The notes: generated by a model from the letters alone, not told the origin. Positions 51,606 to 61,564 are shown, numbered from the stretch's first letter. The stretch: 64,000 nt of DNA from Candidatus Bathyarchaeota archaeon (GCA_963733095.1 CAVTBV010000013.1:256001-320000); one strand, 5' to 3'. Program-made: numbers and translations.

Positions 51606-52706
51606 CTAAGCGAAAAACCGCGAATGTATATCTCGTATTCGCAACTTCTGGAAAAGGTAATAACCTAAGGAAAAGTTTCTTGCAATTATTTTAAACTTAA
51701 CCCGCGAGAAAGTTAGCGGATGCCAGTTCGCCATAAAAGGGAGATCCGTCAAGAAATCAATCTTTTGAATATCTCCTTGGCCAAAAAGATCTTGAAGTGC
51801 AGCATTCATGATGTAAAATCCAGGACTGAGTTTGCCAAACTCATTAACATAGGAAGTTTTCGCTAAAATCGCGGTTCCCTTATGACACATCGCTAGTGCA
51901 TACGCAACGGGTTCATTGTTTAATTCTAGCATCCAAATCATTGCCCTGAATTCAGGATTTGTTCTTGTCAAAATACGTGAGGCACTCCAAATTGCTTCTA
52001 AATCTTGATCTTTGATGTTTCCAGAGTGTAGTCGCCAACCTTCTTTCCAACTATTTTTCTCTATCTCATGTATCTTGTCTAGAGTTTGGTCTGCAGTTTG
52101 ATCGTCGTCAGTAGTCAGGGTAAATGTTATTTTCCATTCACCTAGAAGACTCAAACGGCGTTCTTTCTTTTTGATGGTATGTCTGTATTTTCGGCTAAGC
52201 GCTTTTTGGTAATCAATCCAGGGGCAATTTACTGGAATAATACAATGATTCATAGTTTGTTCAGTGGATTCAAGAAAAGAGATTCTGCTTGAACGACAAA
52301 TTTGTTTTAGTATTTCCAAGTTTTTTGATTCGGCGGGTAAGGTCAAATTTACCATTTTACAGCGAATTTTCTTTAAGAGAACAAAAAGGACACTTTTTAG
52401 GGCATCCTCTCGGTGTTCCTCTCTGGATATTATATCTGGAGAACCTGTAGGTTTGAGAAGTGAAGTGACTTCTCGAAACCCAAACCGTTGTTTTAACAAT
52501 AGTGGTGCCAAACCTATTATTTCGTCACTATGCTTGACCACCAAAATCAACGGACTTGAATCATTAGGAATATTTTTCATTTTGTTTTTAAGGAACGGGT
52601 ATAGCAGAAACGGAGTCGACGTGTAGTTATCTAAGAAAGCAGTCAAGTCATTTTCTAAAGACTCCATTCTTTCTACGCGTGTAATCAATTCTGTTGTTGT
52701 CCTCAC
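51606..52706 (-). CDS. CelD/BcsL-like GNAT acetyltransferase
   Basis: IGLAPL, IEKNSWK, KTSY...KLSPG, IDFL. Confidence 0.83.
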   Translation of the reverse strand: MRTTTELITRVERMESLENDLTAFLDNYTSTPFLLYPFLKNKMKNIPNDSSPLILVVKHSDEIIGLAPLLLKQRFGFREVTSLLKPTGSPDIISREEHREDALKSVLFVLLKKIRCKMVNLTLPAESKNLEILKQICRSSRISFLESTEQTMNHCIIPVNCPWIDYQKALSRKYRHTIKKKERRLSLLGEWKITFTLTTDDDQTADQTLDKIHEIEKNSWKEGWRLHSGNIKDQDLEAIWSASRILTRTNPEFRAMIWMLELNNEPVAYALAMCHKGTAILAKTSYVNEFGKLSPGFYIMNAALQDLFGQGDIQKIDFLTDLPFMANWHPLTFSRVKFKIIARNFSLGYYLFQKLRIRDIHSRFFA

Positions 52707-52966
52707 TCTGATATCCCACTAAATTTGATAATAAAATAATCTTATGTCAATGCTTAAGAAAGAACTTGCCAAAATTGATATATTCCAGATTTAACAGCAA
52801 AAATTTTTTCTGGACAATGTAAGACTGATTTACTAATTTCTTCTTTCAGGCGGTGAAAATTGAGTGAAAAGAGTCCTTTTCGAGTCTTAGGTTGAAATGA
52901 TCTTTAAGATTGAGTTTTCTATTTAACAAATTTAAACAACAATTCTACACCTAAGCGTCTAAAGGG

Positions 52967-53110
52967 TTACAGGTACGCTGATTGATTTGTTGTAACTTTG
53001 AAGTGGTGGTGACATTTTTTACAATTGTAGGCTTCAATAGTGAAGCTATAGTTTGTCAGTACCCGTGAAGGCTTGTTAACTTCTTTGCCGCAACTAGGAC
53101 AATGAACCAT
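52967..53110 (-). CDS. Zn-ribbon microprotein (47 aa)
   Basis: Manual translation MVHCPSCGKEVNKPSRVLTNYSFTIEAYNCKKCHHHFKVTTNQSAYL. Confidence 0.7.
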   Translation of the reverse strand: MVHCPSCGKEVNKPSRVLTNYSFTIEAYNCKKCHHHFKVTTNQSAYL

Positions 53111-53211
53111 TTAGCATCATCTTGTTTTTAGATTCCTGCTAAGAATATGAATGTTATGAACTCAAAATATGAAGCGTGGAAACACTTCAATCTTCTCTGA
53201 ACACAAGCGAT

Positions 53212-53616
53212 CTATGTATTATCAGTTGACGAAAATTTAGAATTTTTCTGTTGCTCTTCTATCGCATCAAGGCGATTAGAAATTGTTTGAAAATTTCTGT
53301 CAATTGTATTTTCCAGAATTTCAAATCGTGCATTAATGCTTTCTTGATTAGTTGAGAGTTTAACTGTATTTTTGTTTCTTCCAAGAAATAATCCTACGCC
53401 GCCGACAACGAATAGCACACATGAAAGTACCATCCAAGAAGCAATAGCTGATAAGAATAGTGAAAAGAAAGAGTCAATCGATGGATTCGACGAACCCGTA
53501 AACAGGGCAGCCGGGTTAATTGTTTCTGTTATCCCAACGAAAAATCCGTAAATAAAGCAGAGTGTCCCCAGACAGACGAAGATGTATCCGACTACCCTCC
53601 ACGCTTTCATAGACAA
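53212..53616 (-). CDS. Membrane protein (2 TM plus coiled coil)
   Basis: Hydrophobic segments and a heptad C-terminus. Confidence 0.65.
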   Translation of the reverse strand: MSMKAWRVVGYIFVCLGTLCFIYGFFVGITETINPAALFTGSSNPSIDSFFSLFLSAIASWMVLSCVLFVVGGVGLFLGRNKNTVKLSTNQESINARFEILENTIDRNFQTISNRLDAIEEQQKNSKFSSTDNT

Positions 53617-53915
53617 GCAGCATGCCCCCGGTTTGTTTTTAAAATTTGCCCACGTCCTTCACGAAGCCAATCACCTGCAGAACTCAAGTAGTCGCAAAAA
53701 CATGCACATTTCACTTCATTTAATATTCACCGACCTCAATCAAGCGTTAATGGAATGTGGTGGTTGATTTTCTGTTGCTGAGAAGGCAAACGAAGAAAAA
53801 ATGGGGTTGATATTTCCTTAAAGCAGACTGATTCGACGCAATTGCTTGGACGTTTTTAAATCTCATTATATATAGCGAATCGTAATATTGTTGGTATTAG
53901 CCTAAGCCAGTTATA

Positions 53916-54569
53916 TTGCGTTGCGGAAGAGAAATTCATAACGCTCGGAGAAGATTGAACGCTATGACTGTAACAGAAAGAATGCTTTCCGCAAAGTTGA
54001 CGGAAGCTGAACCAACCTTGGATTTGCTTGGTGCAGATCGAAAAGTGCTAAAGATTGCTTACGAGGACTTTAAGAACTATGAAAATTTTCTCGCTTTTAT
54101 GTCAGATAAAGCTGTTGAAAGTCAAGTCAAGATGCAGCTTTCTGAGAAGGAAAACCAGGAAGAGACTGGAGCATTTTTAAGCGCTTGGACCAGTTTATGG
54201 CTTAAAAAGTGGAAACAACGATTTAATCTCATCATAGGACAAACCAACCTTAAACAACAAAATTCAAACCCAGCAGCAACAGCTAAAGCACAAACTGCAT
54301 CGACAAATCTTGCAGCCAGAGAAGAAATGATAGAAATGATCGCTGTTACGTTAATTAAAAACTCTGAGATTTGCGGAACAACAATAGTTGCAGAAAATAT
54401 TCTTAGAAGCGAATTACTTAGAAATCCTGATTTAGACAGCGGCTGCTCTAAACAAGTCTTGACTCTTCTAAATTCAACATTAAATAAGGCTTATGAGACT
54501 TCAAAACGAACGGGTCCGTTGGTACACATCAAGGTTGAGAAGAACTACTATTGCGAATCCTGTCAATAA
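53916..54569 (+). CDS. Hypothetical protein
   Basis: 217-aa ORF with AWTSLWLKKWKQRF; the true start is probably MTVTE. Confidence 0.65.
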   Translation: MRCGREIHNARRRLNAMTVTERMLSAKLTEAEPTLDLLGADRKVLKIAYEDFKNYENFLAFMSDKAVESQVKMQLSEKENQEETGAFLSAWTSLWLKKWKQRFNLIIGQTNLKQQNSNPAATAKAQTASTNLAAREEMIEMIAVTLIKNSEICGTTIVAENILRSELLRNPDLDSGCSKQVLTLLNSTLNKAYETSKRTGPLVHIKVEKNYYCESCQ

Positions 54570-54732
54570 AGAATTGTGATCAAATTTTTCCATTTATTTT
54601 ATAAATCTTTTCGGGTCTGGCTCAAAACAATTGAAATTTCATTTTGATGGAGTGATCCACAAAAGAAGCACTGTTAGAAAGGTTGCCAAACAAAAATAAC
54701 CCTTTGGTTACTTATTCTTGGAATATTCAGCA

Positions 54733-54747
54733 TGGAATATTATTCCA
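54733..54747 (+). promoter_or_regulatory. Shared pilin-promoter palindrome (copy 4, perfect)
   Basis: TGGAAT-ATT-ATTCCA, ~6 nt before TTAAATA. Confidence 0.72.
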
Positions 54748-54837
54748 TCCCTCTTAAATACGACTTCTATTAAGAATAGCTTTGGACTTAACGCTAAATT
54801 AACAAATTAAACAAGTGGTAAAGGGAGAAGAGAAGAA

Positions 54838-57675
54838 ATGAGAAAAATAACTAAATTTAAACGTTCAATTCGCGCAGTATCTCCAGTTGTTGCAACTTTG
54901 CTGATGATTGCGATTGCTGTTATTGCAGGACTGGTTGTTTATGCTTGGGTAACAGGCTATATCGGTGTCACTACAAATAAAGCTGGAAATGCGATACAAA
55001 TCCAAAGTCTAACGACAGATCAGGACAGTAATCTAGTTGCATATGTTCAAAATGTTGGTCAAGGCGATGTAATTCTTGATTCTGGGTACGTAAACGGTGA
55101 ATTGGCCGCTCAATCTTTGAGCATTTCATTAGTTCAAGGTTCTACGGCAGCTGTCGCTACAACTTACCTCGTGACATCGGATTCATCATTGACGATAAAA
55201 ATAGTGACCACGGACGGCACTTTTACTCAATTTACAGGGTCTCCTAACTTCAATAGTGGACCTACCACCACTTATCAAGTAGCCTTCAATTTAGGTTCCG
55301 GCGGCGCTTCTATGGTTCCTTCAGGAACCCATTCATATGCATCAGGAACAGGGGTGGCCGTGTACACACTGTCTAGTTCGGGCTACCAGTTTTCATCCTG
55401 GACAAGCACAGGAAGCATCACTTTTGATTCTGGAAGTTCAGCTTCTACAATTGCCCATATTGATGGGGCAGGAGCAGTGACTTCTAACTTCGTTTCTGTG
55501 CAGCCATCTCAAAACTATCAAGTAACATTCAACTTGGGCCAAGGAGGATCATCGATGACACCAACGGGTACCCAAACATACTCTGGTGGTTCATCCGTCC
55601 CTGTTTCAGCCATAGCTTCATCGGGTTACCAGTTTTCATCCTGGACAAGCACTGACACAATTTCTTTTGACTCAGCAACTTCTGTCTCCACAGTAGCTCA
55701 CGTAAACAGTGCAGGCTCAATTACCGCCAATTTCATAGCCACTCAACCAACACAGAACTACCAAGTGAGTTGGGTCTTAGGTGCTGGCGGATCCTCAATG
55801 AATCCCACTGGAACCCAAAGCTACGCAGGAGGTTCAATCGTGACAATTAATGCTATTCCTTCTTCAGGATACCAGTTCTTATATTGGGTCAGCGCAGCTA
55901 CATCTGGTTCTATCACATTTGGCTCTGTTACCTCAGCTGTCACGACCGCGCAAATCAACGGCGCCGGCTTCGTCACAGCTAACTTTGTCCAAGTTCAAAC
56001 TGGCCAAAACTATCAAGTAACTTTCAGCACAAATGGCGGCGGAAGCAGCTCCACTACAAACCCAACTGGCACTCAAACATACGCAGCTGGAACAATAGTT
56101 CCAATTACCGCTACTGCCGGTTCAGGCTACCAATTTTCATCGTGGAGCAGTACGGGCGCAATTTCCTTTGGAACTTCAACTTCAGCTTCAACAAATGCAC
56201 AAATTAACGGAGACGGATCAATCATAGCTAACTTTATAACCCCACAAGCAGGCCAGAACTATCAAGTAACCTTCAACTTAGGCACTGGTGGAGCATCCAT
56301 GAACCCCACCGGTATTCAGACTTACGCAGGAGGCTCCGCCGTACAAGTTTCCACTGTTGCTGCATCAGGATACCAATTCTCCTCTTGGACAAGCACAGGC
56401 TCGATTTCATTTGACTCCACAACATCAAGCTCTACAATCGCTCATATCAACAGCGCTGGTTCCATTACTGCCAATTTCGCATCTATCACAACAGGTCAAA
56501 ACTACCAAGTTACATTCACCTTGGGCAACGGAGGCGCATCCATGAGTCCAACCGGAACCAACAGTTATGCAGCAGGATCAACAATACCTATCAGCGCAAC
56601 TGTAGCTTCTGGCTACAGATTTTCCAGCTGGACAAGCTCAGGCATTATTTCTTTTGATGGAGCAACCTCAGCATCTACCAATGCGCATATTGGTAGCGAC
56701 GGCGCCATAACAGCTAACTTTGTTACGAACCAACATACCATTACTGTTACTCAGGGTTCTAATGGCGTTATTACTCCTGGAACAATTGCTGTCAACGAAG
56801 GGGCTAGCCAGACTTTCACAATCACTCCCAACACCGGCTATCATGTCCTCAATGTAGTTGTTGACGGTTCATCGAAAGGCGCCCTTACCTCATGGACTTT
56901 CACTAACGTCATAGTTGACCATACTATAACTGCGACGTTTGCAAGCGGAGCATATCACACTATAACAGCTATCGCAGGCGCAAATGGGCAAATAAACCCT
57001 TCAGGCTCAGTACAAGTCACAGACGGTGCAAGCCAAACATTCACAATCACACCTAACAACGGATATGTAATAGCTAGTCTAACGGTTGACGGCCAATCTG
57101 CAGGCTATGGACAATCATACACATTCACAAACGTTAGGGCGGACCATTCGATAACAGCCACCTTCACTGCAGGCTCAACACTGATCAACACAGGTTATGA
57201 TGGAAACCCGTGGGATAGCAATTGGATGGCAGGAGGAAATCCACCATGGCGTGCAGCCCCCGGTGAAGGCGTATTAGGGAGCACTGCTGCAAAATCTGAT
57301 TCAATAGTCGGAGACTCTGGACCATTCACATCCAACTATGTGAATACTCAGGGAGCCACTACCATACGAATAACCTTCATGTACAAGGTACAAAACACAA
57401 ACTCAGCAAATGATCTCAAGATAGAATATTGCGCGACCAACTCCGCAACAACTCCTAACCTAAACCCCGGAAGCAGAGACTTCACTACAATTGCAAACAT
57501 AGGCCAAACCAATCCAACCGACACTTGGACTGTTGGAAGTGTCACATTTACGAGTGCAGCAAACCCCGAAGCCTTCAGATCACACTTCTACTTCAGATTC
57601 GAGAGCACCCTTCAAACACATAACGGCCTTGCAGAAACCGCGTGGATCGACAACGTAATAATCACAATCTCTTAG
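54838..57675 (+). CDS. Giant pilin-adhesin with tandem InlB-B-like repeats
   Basis: RA/VSPVVA pilin N-terminus; six ~81-aa repeats, two related ~73-aa repeats and a C-terminal beta-sandwich (AWIDNV). Confidence 0.9.
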   Translation: MRKITKFKRSIRAVSPVVATLLMIAIAVIAGLVVYAWVTGYIGVTTNKAGNAIQIQSLTTDQDSNLVAYVQNVGQGDVILDSGYVNGELAAQSLSISLVQGSTAAVATTYLVTSDSSLTIKIVTTDGTFTQFTGSPNFNSGPTTTYQVAFNLGSGGASMVPSGTHSYASGTGVAVYTLSSSGYQFSSWTSTGSITFDSGSSASTIAHIDGAGAVTSNFVSVQPSQNYQVTFNLGQGGSSMTPTGTQTYSGGSSVPVSAIASSGYQFSSWTSTDTISFDSATSVSTVAHVNSAGSITANFIATQPTQNYQVSWVLGAGGSSMNPTGTQSYAGGSIVTINAIPSSGYQFLYWVSAATSGSITFGSVTSAVTTAQINGAGFVTANFVQVQTGQNYQVTFSTNGGGSSSTTNPTGTQTYAAGTIVPITATAGSGYQFSSWSSTGAISFGTSTSASTNAQINGDGSIIANFITPQAGQNYQVTFNLGTGGASMNPTGIQTYAGGSAVQVSTVAASGYQFSSWTSTGSISFDSTTSSSTIAHINSAGSITANFASITTGQNYQVTFTLGNGGASMSPTGTNSYAAGSTIPISATVASGYRFSSWTSSGIISFDGATSASTNAHIGSDGAITANFVTNQHTITVTQGSNGVITPGTIAVNEGASQTFTITPNTGYHVLNVVVDGSSKGALTSWTFTNVIVDHTITATFASGAYHTITAIAGANGQINPSGSVQVTDGASQTFTITPNNGYVIASLTVDGQSAGYGQSYTFTNVRADHSITATFTAGSTLINTGYDGNPWDSNWMAGGNPPWRAAPGEGVLGSTAAKSDSIVGDSGPFTSNYVNTQGATTIRITFMYKVQNTNSANDLKIEYCATNSATTPNLNPGSRDFTTIANIGQTNPTDTWTVGSVTFTSAANPEAFRSHFYFRFESTLQTHNGLAETAWIDNVIITIS
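55270..56727 (+). repeat. Six intragenic ~243-252-bp tandem repeats
   Basis: Units (NYQVTF.LG.GG.SM.PTGT..Y..G...GYQFSSW...ITANF) start near 55270, 55513, 55756, 56008, 56257 and 56500. Confidence 0.85.
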
Positions 57676-57780
57676 TTTGCTGACAATAAACAAAAATCCC
57701 CCCTCATTTTTGTTTTTAAATTACATACAAAGGCTTAAAAGAAATTTAAAAGCAATAAGGGCTATTAGGACTGAGAAAAC

Positions 57781-58512
57781 ATGAGAATTAAATTGGCGTC
57801 AATAGTTGTTCTTTTAATTCTGCTAACTCTTGCTTCAACCCAACTAGTTTTAGGTCAAACTACTATAGTTGGAGTTAAATCTGGAGACACGTTCAACTAT
57901 ACCTACAAAATTAGTTGGGACTCAACTGATCCCACTGCAACCGTTCCAGAATTATATGAAGAACTAAATACCACTCAATTCATCCGAATTACTGTAATCG
58001 AAATTACGGGGTCATTGATTAATGTGGACTTCACAAGGCACTTCAACAACGGGACTGAACAAACACAAAATGGAGACATAGATGTCAACACACAGCTTCT
58101 TGGAATCCCTTATAGTGTACTAATAATACGTGCAAATGCAAACCCAGGAGAAAAGATTTATCCCGCTGGTGGACACGCAGTACTGACCGACACCGCGACA
58201 AGAAGCTATGAGATTGGTCAAATCGATGCAATTCGATATATTTCACCGGATACAAGCGGCGCCAACTCCGAAAAAACAGAAATTTACTACACTAGTGACG
58301 GAGTAGGACTTGAATATAACTCCATTAGTCAAGAGACCTCTGGATCTTATGTCACAACTACTAGGGAAACACTTGCAATCAACTCTTGGGTTATTCCAGA
58401 GTTTCCGCTCACGGCAATCCTTATGATATTATTAATTGCAATTCCTATACTGTTGATAGCTTACAAGAAAATGAACCTGTCTAACCACAAAATTGCAGTG
58501 CTCCTAAAATAA
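57781..58512 (+). CDS. Secreted protein with a PEF-CTERM-like sorting signal
   Basis: Signal peptide; VGVKSGD.F.Y; C-terminal VIPEF, TM helix and KK. Confidence 0.8.
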   Translation: MRIKLASIVVLLILLTLASTQLVLGQTTIVGVKSGDTFNYTYKISWDSTDPTATVPELYEELNTTQFIRITVIEITGSLINVDFTRHFNNGTEQTQNGDIDVNTQLLGIPYSVLIIRANANPGEKIYPAGGHAVLTDTATRSYEIGQIDAIRYISPDTSGANSEKTEIYYTSDGVGLEYNSISQETSGSYVTTTRETLAINSWVIPEFPLTAILMILLIAIPILLIAYKKMNLSNHKIAVLLK

Positions 58513-58547
58513 TAATCTCTTTTTTAGGGCTAAACTCACCTTTAAGG

Positions 58548-58793
58548 CTAGCAAGCTGCCGCTTTTAGGTTTGCCCTATCCAACTGTCTCTTCTTATGCA
58601 AGATATATCCGAAGAAGTATGATGATCCAGCGATCAAAAATGCGCTATCTATAGAATTTGGAAAAGAGGGAAAATAAACCCAGTGGTTAAAGAACGTTAC
58701 AAACTTCAATGCGATTCCAATGGTTCCGAAGAAAAAGCCTACTAGTAATCCGTTGGAGAGGACCTCTTTCCAGCTTTTATCTGAAGCCTTCAA
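58548..58793 (-). CDS. Small membrane protein
   Basis: Two TM helices and a basic tail. Confidence 0.5.
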   Translation of the reverse strand: MKASDKSWKEVLSNGLLVGFFFGTIGIALKFVTFFNHWVYFPSFPNSIDSAFLIAGSSYFFGYILHKKRQLDRANLKAAAC

Positions 58794-58962
58794 ACTTCCA
58801 CTTCCGTGCCAAGTATTAAGCCTAATGGATTCAAGGCGAACCGCTAGAAATAATTGAATGGCTTCAACAAAAGTGTGTGTGGCTTCATTGTGTAATCACA
58901 AACGAGCTAGAATCTGTAAAAACTTCAAATTCGTTGGATGAACATCGCTTGTATTTAGTAAT

Positions 58963-59133
58963 TTATGCTTTAGCTTTGCAACCTTTTCTGAGGTAGCAGG
59001 CAGGGCAGTTTTTCTCTTCGCCTGTATTCCAGCAGATTCTGATTGGGGTGGGGGTGTCCTCTACTGTTGATCCGATGACTATTGAACCTTGGAATACTTG
59101 TGTTTCTTGAGTCTTGACCTTTGAGTGTGGCAT
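58963..59133 (-). CDS. Cys-rich microprotein (56 aa)
   Basis: Manual translation MPHSKVKTQETQVFQGSIVIGSTVEDTPTPIRICWNTGEEKNCPACYLRKGCKAKA; more protein-like than the overlapping track ORF 58970..59152. Confidence 0.55.
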   Translation of the reverse strand: MPHSKVKTQETQVFQGSIVIGSTVEDTPTPIRICWNTGEEKNCPACYLRKGCKAKA

Positions 59134-59359
59134 GGTGTCTCTGTATAATCATGTTGAATATAAATTTTTTGTTTATTAAGAATCAAGATTGCGGATTAAG
59201 ATTGAAACTCTATGCATTCTTGTACCTCAACCAAAAACGCTGCAAGATACCAATACCACAATTTCATCAACAGCTTGCGCTTAAATAATGTGTGCCGAAC
59301 AAGTCTTAGCAAACTGATTCAAAATGTAGTAGCGCCAATGGCCCATACAAAGAAACTGT

Positions 59360-59743
59360 TTAAAATCGTGGTACTTTTCGGATTGAGCACATAAAGGGTT
59401 TCCTATTTTGAGAAGTCTTGAAGGCTAATGTAGATATCTTTACACAACTTGGATATTCGCTGGAATCATCACTTAACAAATCTAGTACCTGCTGTTGGCG
59501 CTCCATGAACTCGAGACCCTTGGGTGTTGACTGAAAAATCACTTTTTCGTTGTTTGAAGATTTCTTAAGCATACCGCTGTTCGACAGGAAAAATAAATAC
59601 TGGTTTAGTTGGGCGAAGCTAAGGTTGGCTTTGAACATGATGTTAGTTTTGGAGGTGCCTTTTTTGGCTATGTCTATGATTTCTGCCATGATTATGAGTT
59701 TATCTCGTCTTTTCGGGGATGTTTCGATTAGTTCTGTGGTCAT
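59360..59743 (-). CDS. Archaeal winged-helix transcriptional regulator
   Basis: RRDKL.IMAEI....KT.IMFKANLSF.QL..YL...TPKG.EF. Confidence 0.88.
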   Translation of the reverse strand: MTTELIETSPKRRDKLIIMAEIIDIAKKGTSKTNIMFKANLSFAQLNQYLFFLSNSGMLKKSSNNEKVIFQSTPKGLEFMERQQQVLDLLSDDSSEYPSCVKISTLAFKTSQNRKPFMCSIRKVPRF

Positions 59744-60182
59744 GTTGGTTCCTTTTCTAGAGTTATGATCTATACTTGAATCATGCGACTTGTGTTATAA
59801 GTCATGTTTCAAGCCGATTAGTATATCGGGCTTCGTAATATAACGCTTAAAGTTTTAGCTAAAATTAGCTAAGAGGCATATACCCTAAATCTAAAATTTA
59901 AGATAGTTCCTTAGAATCCTCAGAATTAAGATACTTCGAATAACGCTAAGGGCGATAGATACGTTGAAAAAAGTCTGTAGACCTTTGGAAGTTGGCTTTG
60001 AAAGCGTTAAGCAAGTAGAAAGCATTAAGATATTGATTAGCCAAAAGAATAATGGAAAGAAAAACGAGTAAAGTACCTTAGAATAGTCAAGTTTTCAGAG
60101 AAAAATGTATATCAAGGTATAAGTAAGCTTCAACTTACTAAAATACCAAAACTTAAATAGTTAAAAAACATCTATTGAATAC

Positions 60183-61532
60183 ATGGCAAGAAAAATAGGG
60201 CAACGAGGAACACAAGGCAACGTATACGGCACAGAATTACTAGATTATAAAAGTGTCAAAAAATGGATGAACAGCTTAGAGCAATCTGCAGTTAGCAAGG
60301 GAAAGTTGCTTACTCATAACGCAAAGAGGCAGCGGCTTGGAAGACTCATGGAATATACTGGGGATGGCGAGATTAACCCCGATTTTCTGCTTGATGAGGC
60401 TAGACAAAACATTGAAGCAGCCGGCACTCGACTGCAAAATTTTTTTACCGCTAAACTGAAAAGCGGCGTTGAATGGAACGGTGCTGTAACCGCTCTTTGT
60501 TTTCTAAGAGGCTTCTACAGCCACAACGACATAGTTTTCCCTAAAAGAATGAAAGTGCCAAAACGCCATATATCCACGGTAAAAAAAACAGATAAGAAAA
60601 CAGAGATTTACGGCTACGACGAATCCACAGACGAAACCATCTTTCGAAACGGCTTGCTGCAGCACTTCTTTGATAATCTAAATTTCCGGGACCAAACAAT
60701 CGGTTTAAGCATCTTCTCATCAGGTGCAGATGCAGCCGACATTTTGAAGCTCAAAATAGGATTCGTTAAAGATGCCAGGGGCAATCTATCAACTGCAAAA
60801 CGGTTCTTCCTGCACGATAACCGATTGAAAGACGGCGTTGAATATAAAACATTTTTCAGCGCTGAAGCCACCGAGTATATAAGACGATATGTTCAGCAAG
60901 AGAGAAGTAAAGCCGAGAACGATGAATTTCTATTTGTTAAAGAGGACGGCGAACAAATTCCCGTTCACGCACTAACAATGAATTTTAGGACAGCCGCCGA
61001 GAAAATGGGTTACCTTATCGATGATGAAAGTAACCCGTTTCGACCTAAAAGATTCCGCTCACTTTTCCGTACTGCCTGTGGAATCGCAAACGTTGACGCT
61101 GGGATGATCATGGCTTTTATGGGTCATTCAAGCGATATGTCAGCTACCTACCTTGAAAAGTCAGATGGGCTTTTCCTAAAGGAATACATCAAAGTTGAAC
61201 CTTATCTAACCGTTTACGGCTTAGATAAATCTCAGATTATAGCGGTTAACGAAAACGTCGACGAACTAAAACAGGAAATTCAAACACTCAAAGAAGAATT
61301 ACTAGATTTAAGAACAGTTGTTACTCCATTAATAGGAATAGCCGAGAGACAACTAAGAGTTTACAGTCGAACTCGAGACCTACATGCAGAGACAGCGCCA
61401 AAACTTGAAGCCATCGATTCACCACTCGCCAAGCAAGCGCGGGAATCGGAACAATACCTAACGGCTGAAGCCGACAAGCTGCAGAAAGAGCTTGATTTAG
61501 CAAAACAAATACTCAACAAAAAACAAGCTTAA
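60183..61532 (+). CDS. Tyrosine recombinase/integrase
   Basis: SSGAD..DIL.LK, K, RPKRFR, MGH and ATY motifs; C-terminal coiled coil. Confidence 0.85.
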   Translation: MARKIGQRGTQGNVYGTELLDYKSVKKWMNSLEQSAVSKGKLLTHNAKRQRLGRLMEYTGDGEINPDFLLDEARQNIEAAGTRLQNFFTAKLKSGVEWNGAVTALCFLRGFYSHNDIVFPKRMKVPKRHISTVKKTDKKTEIYGYDESTDETIFRNGLLQHFFDNLNFRDQTIGLSIFSSGADAADILKLKIGFVKDARGNLSTAKRFFLHDNRLKDGVEYKTFFSAEATEYIRRYVQQERSKAENDEFLFVKEDGEQIPVHALTMNFRTAAEKMGYLIDDESNPFRPKRFRSLFRTACGIANVDAGMIMAFMGHSSDMSATYLEKSDGLFLKEYIKVEPYLTVYGLDKSQIIAVNENVDELKQEIQTLKEELLDLRTVVTPLIGIAERQLRVYSRTRDLHAETAPKLEAIDSPLAKQARESEQYLTAEADKLQKELDLAKQILNKKQA

Positions 61533-61564
61533 ACCATGAAACGCAAACCCAAACTAAAAAACAG

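Noticed and set aside
55270-57170. CRISPR array or non-coding repeat
   Set aside because: The repeats are in-frame, degenerate protein-domain repeats; no repeat-spacer array or cas gene is present in the window.
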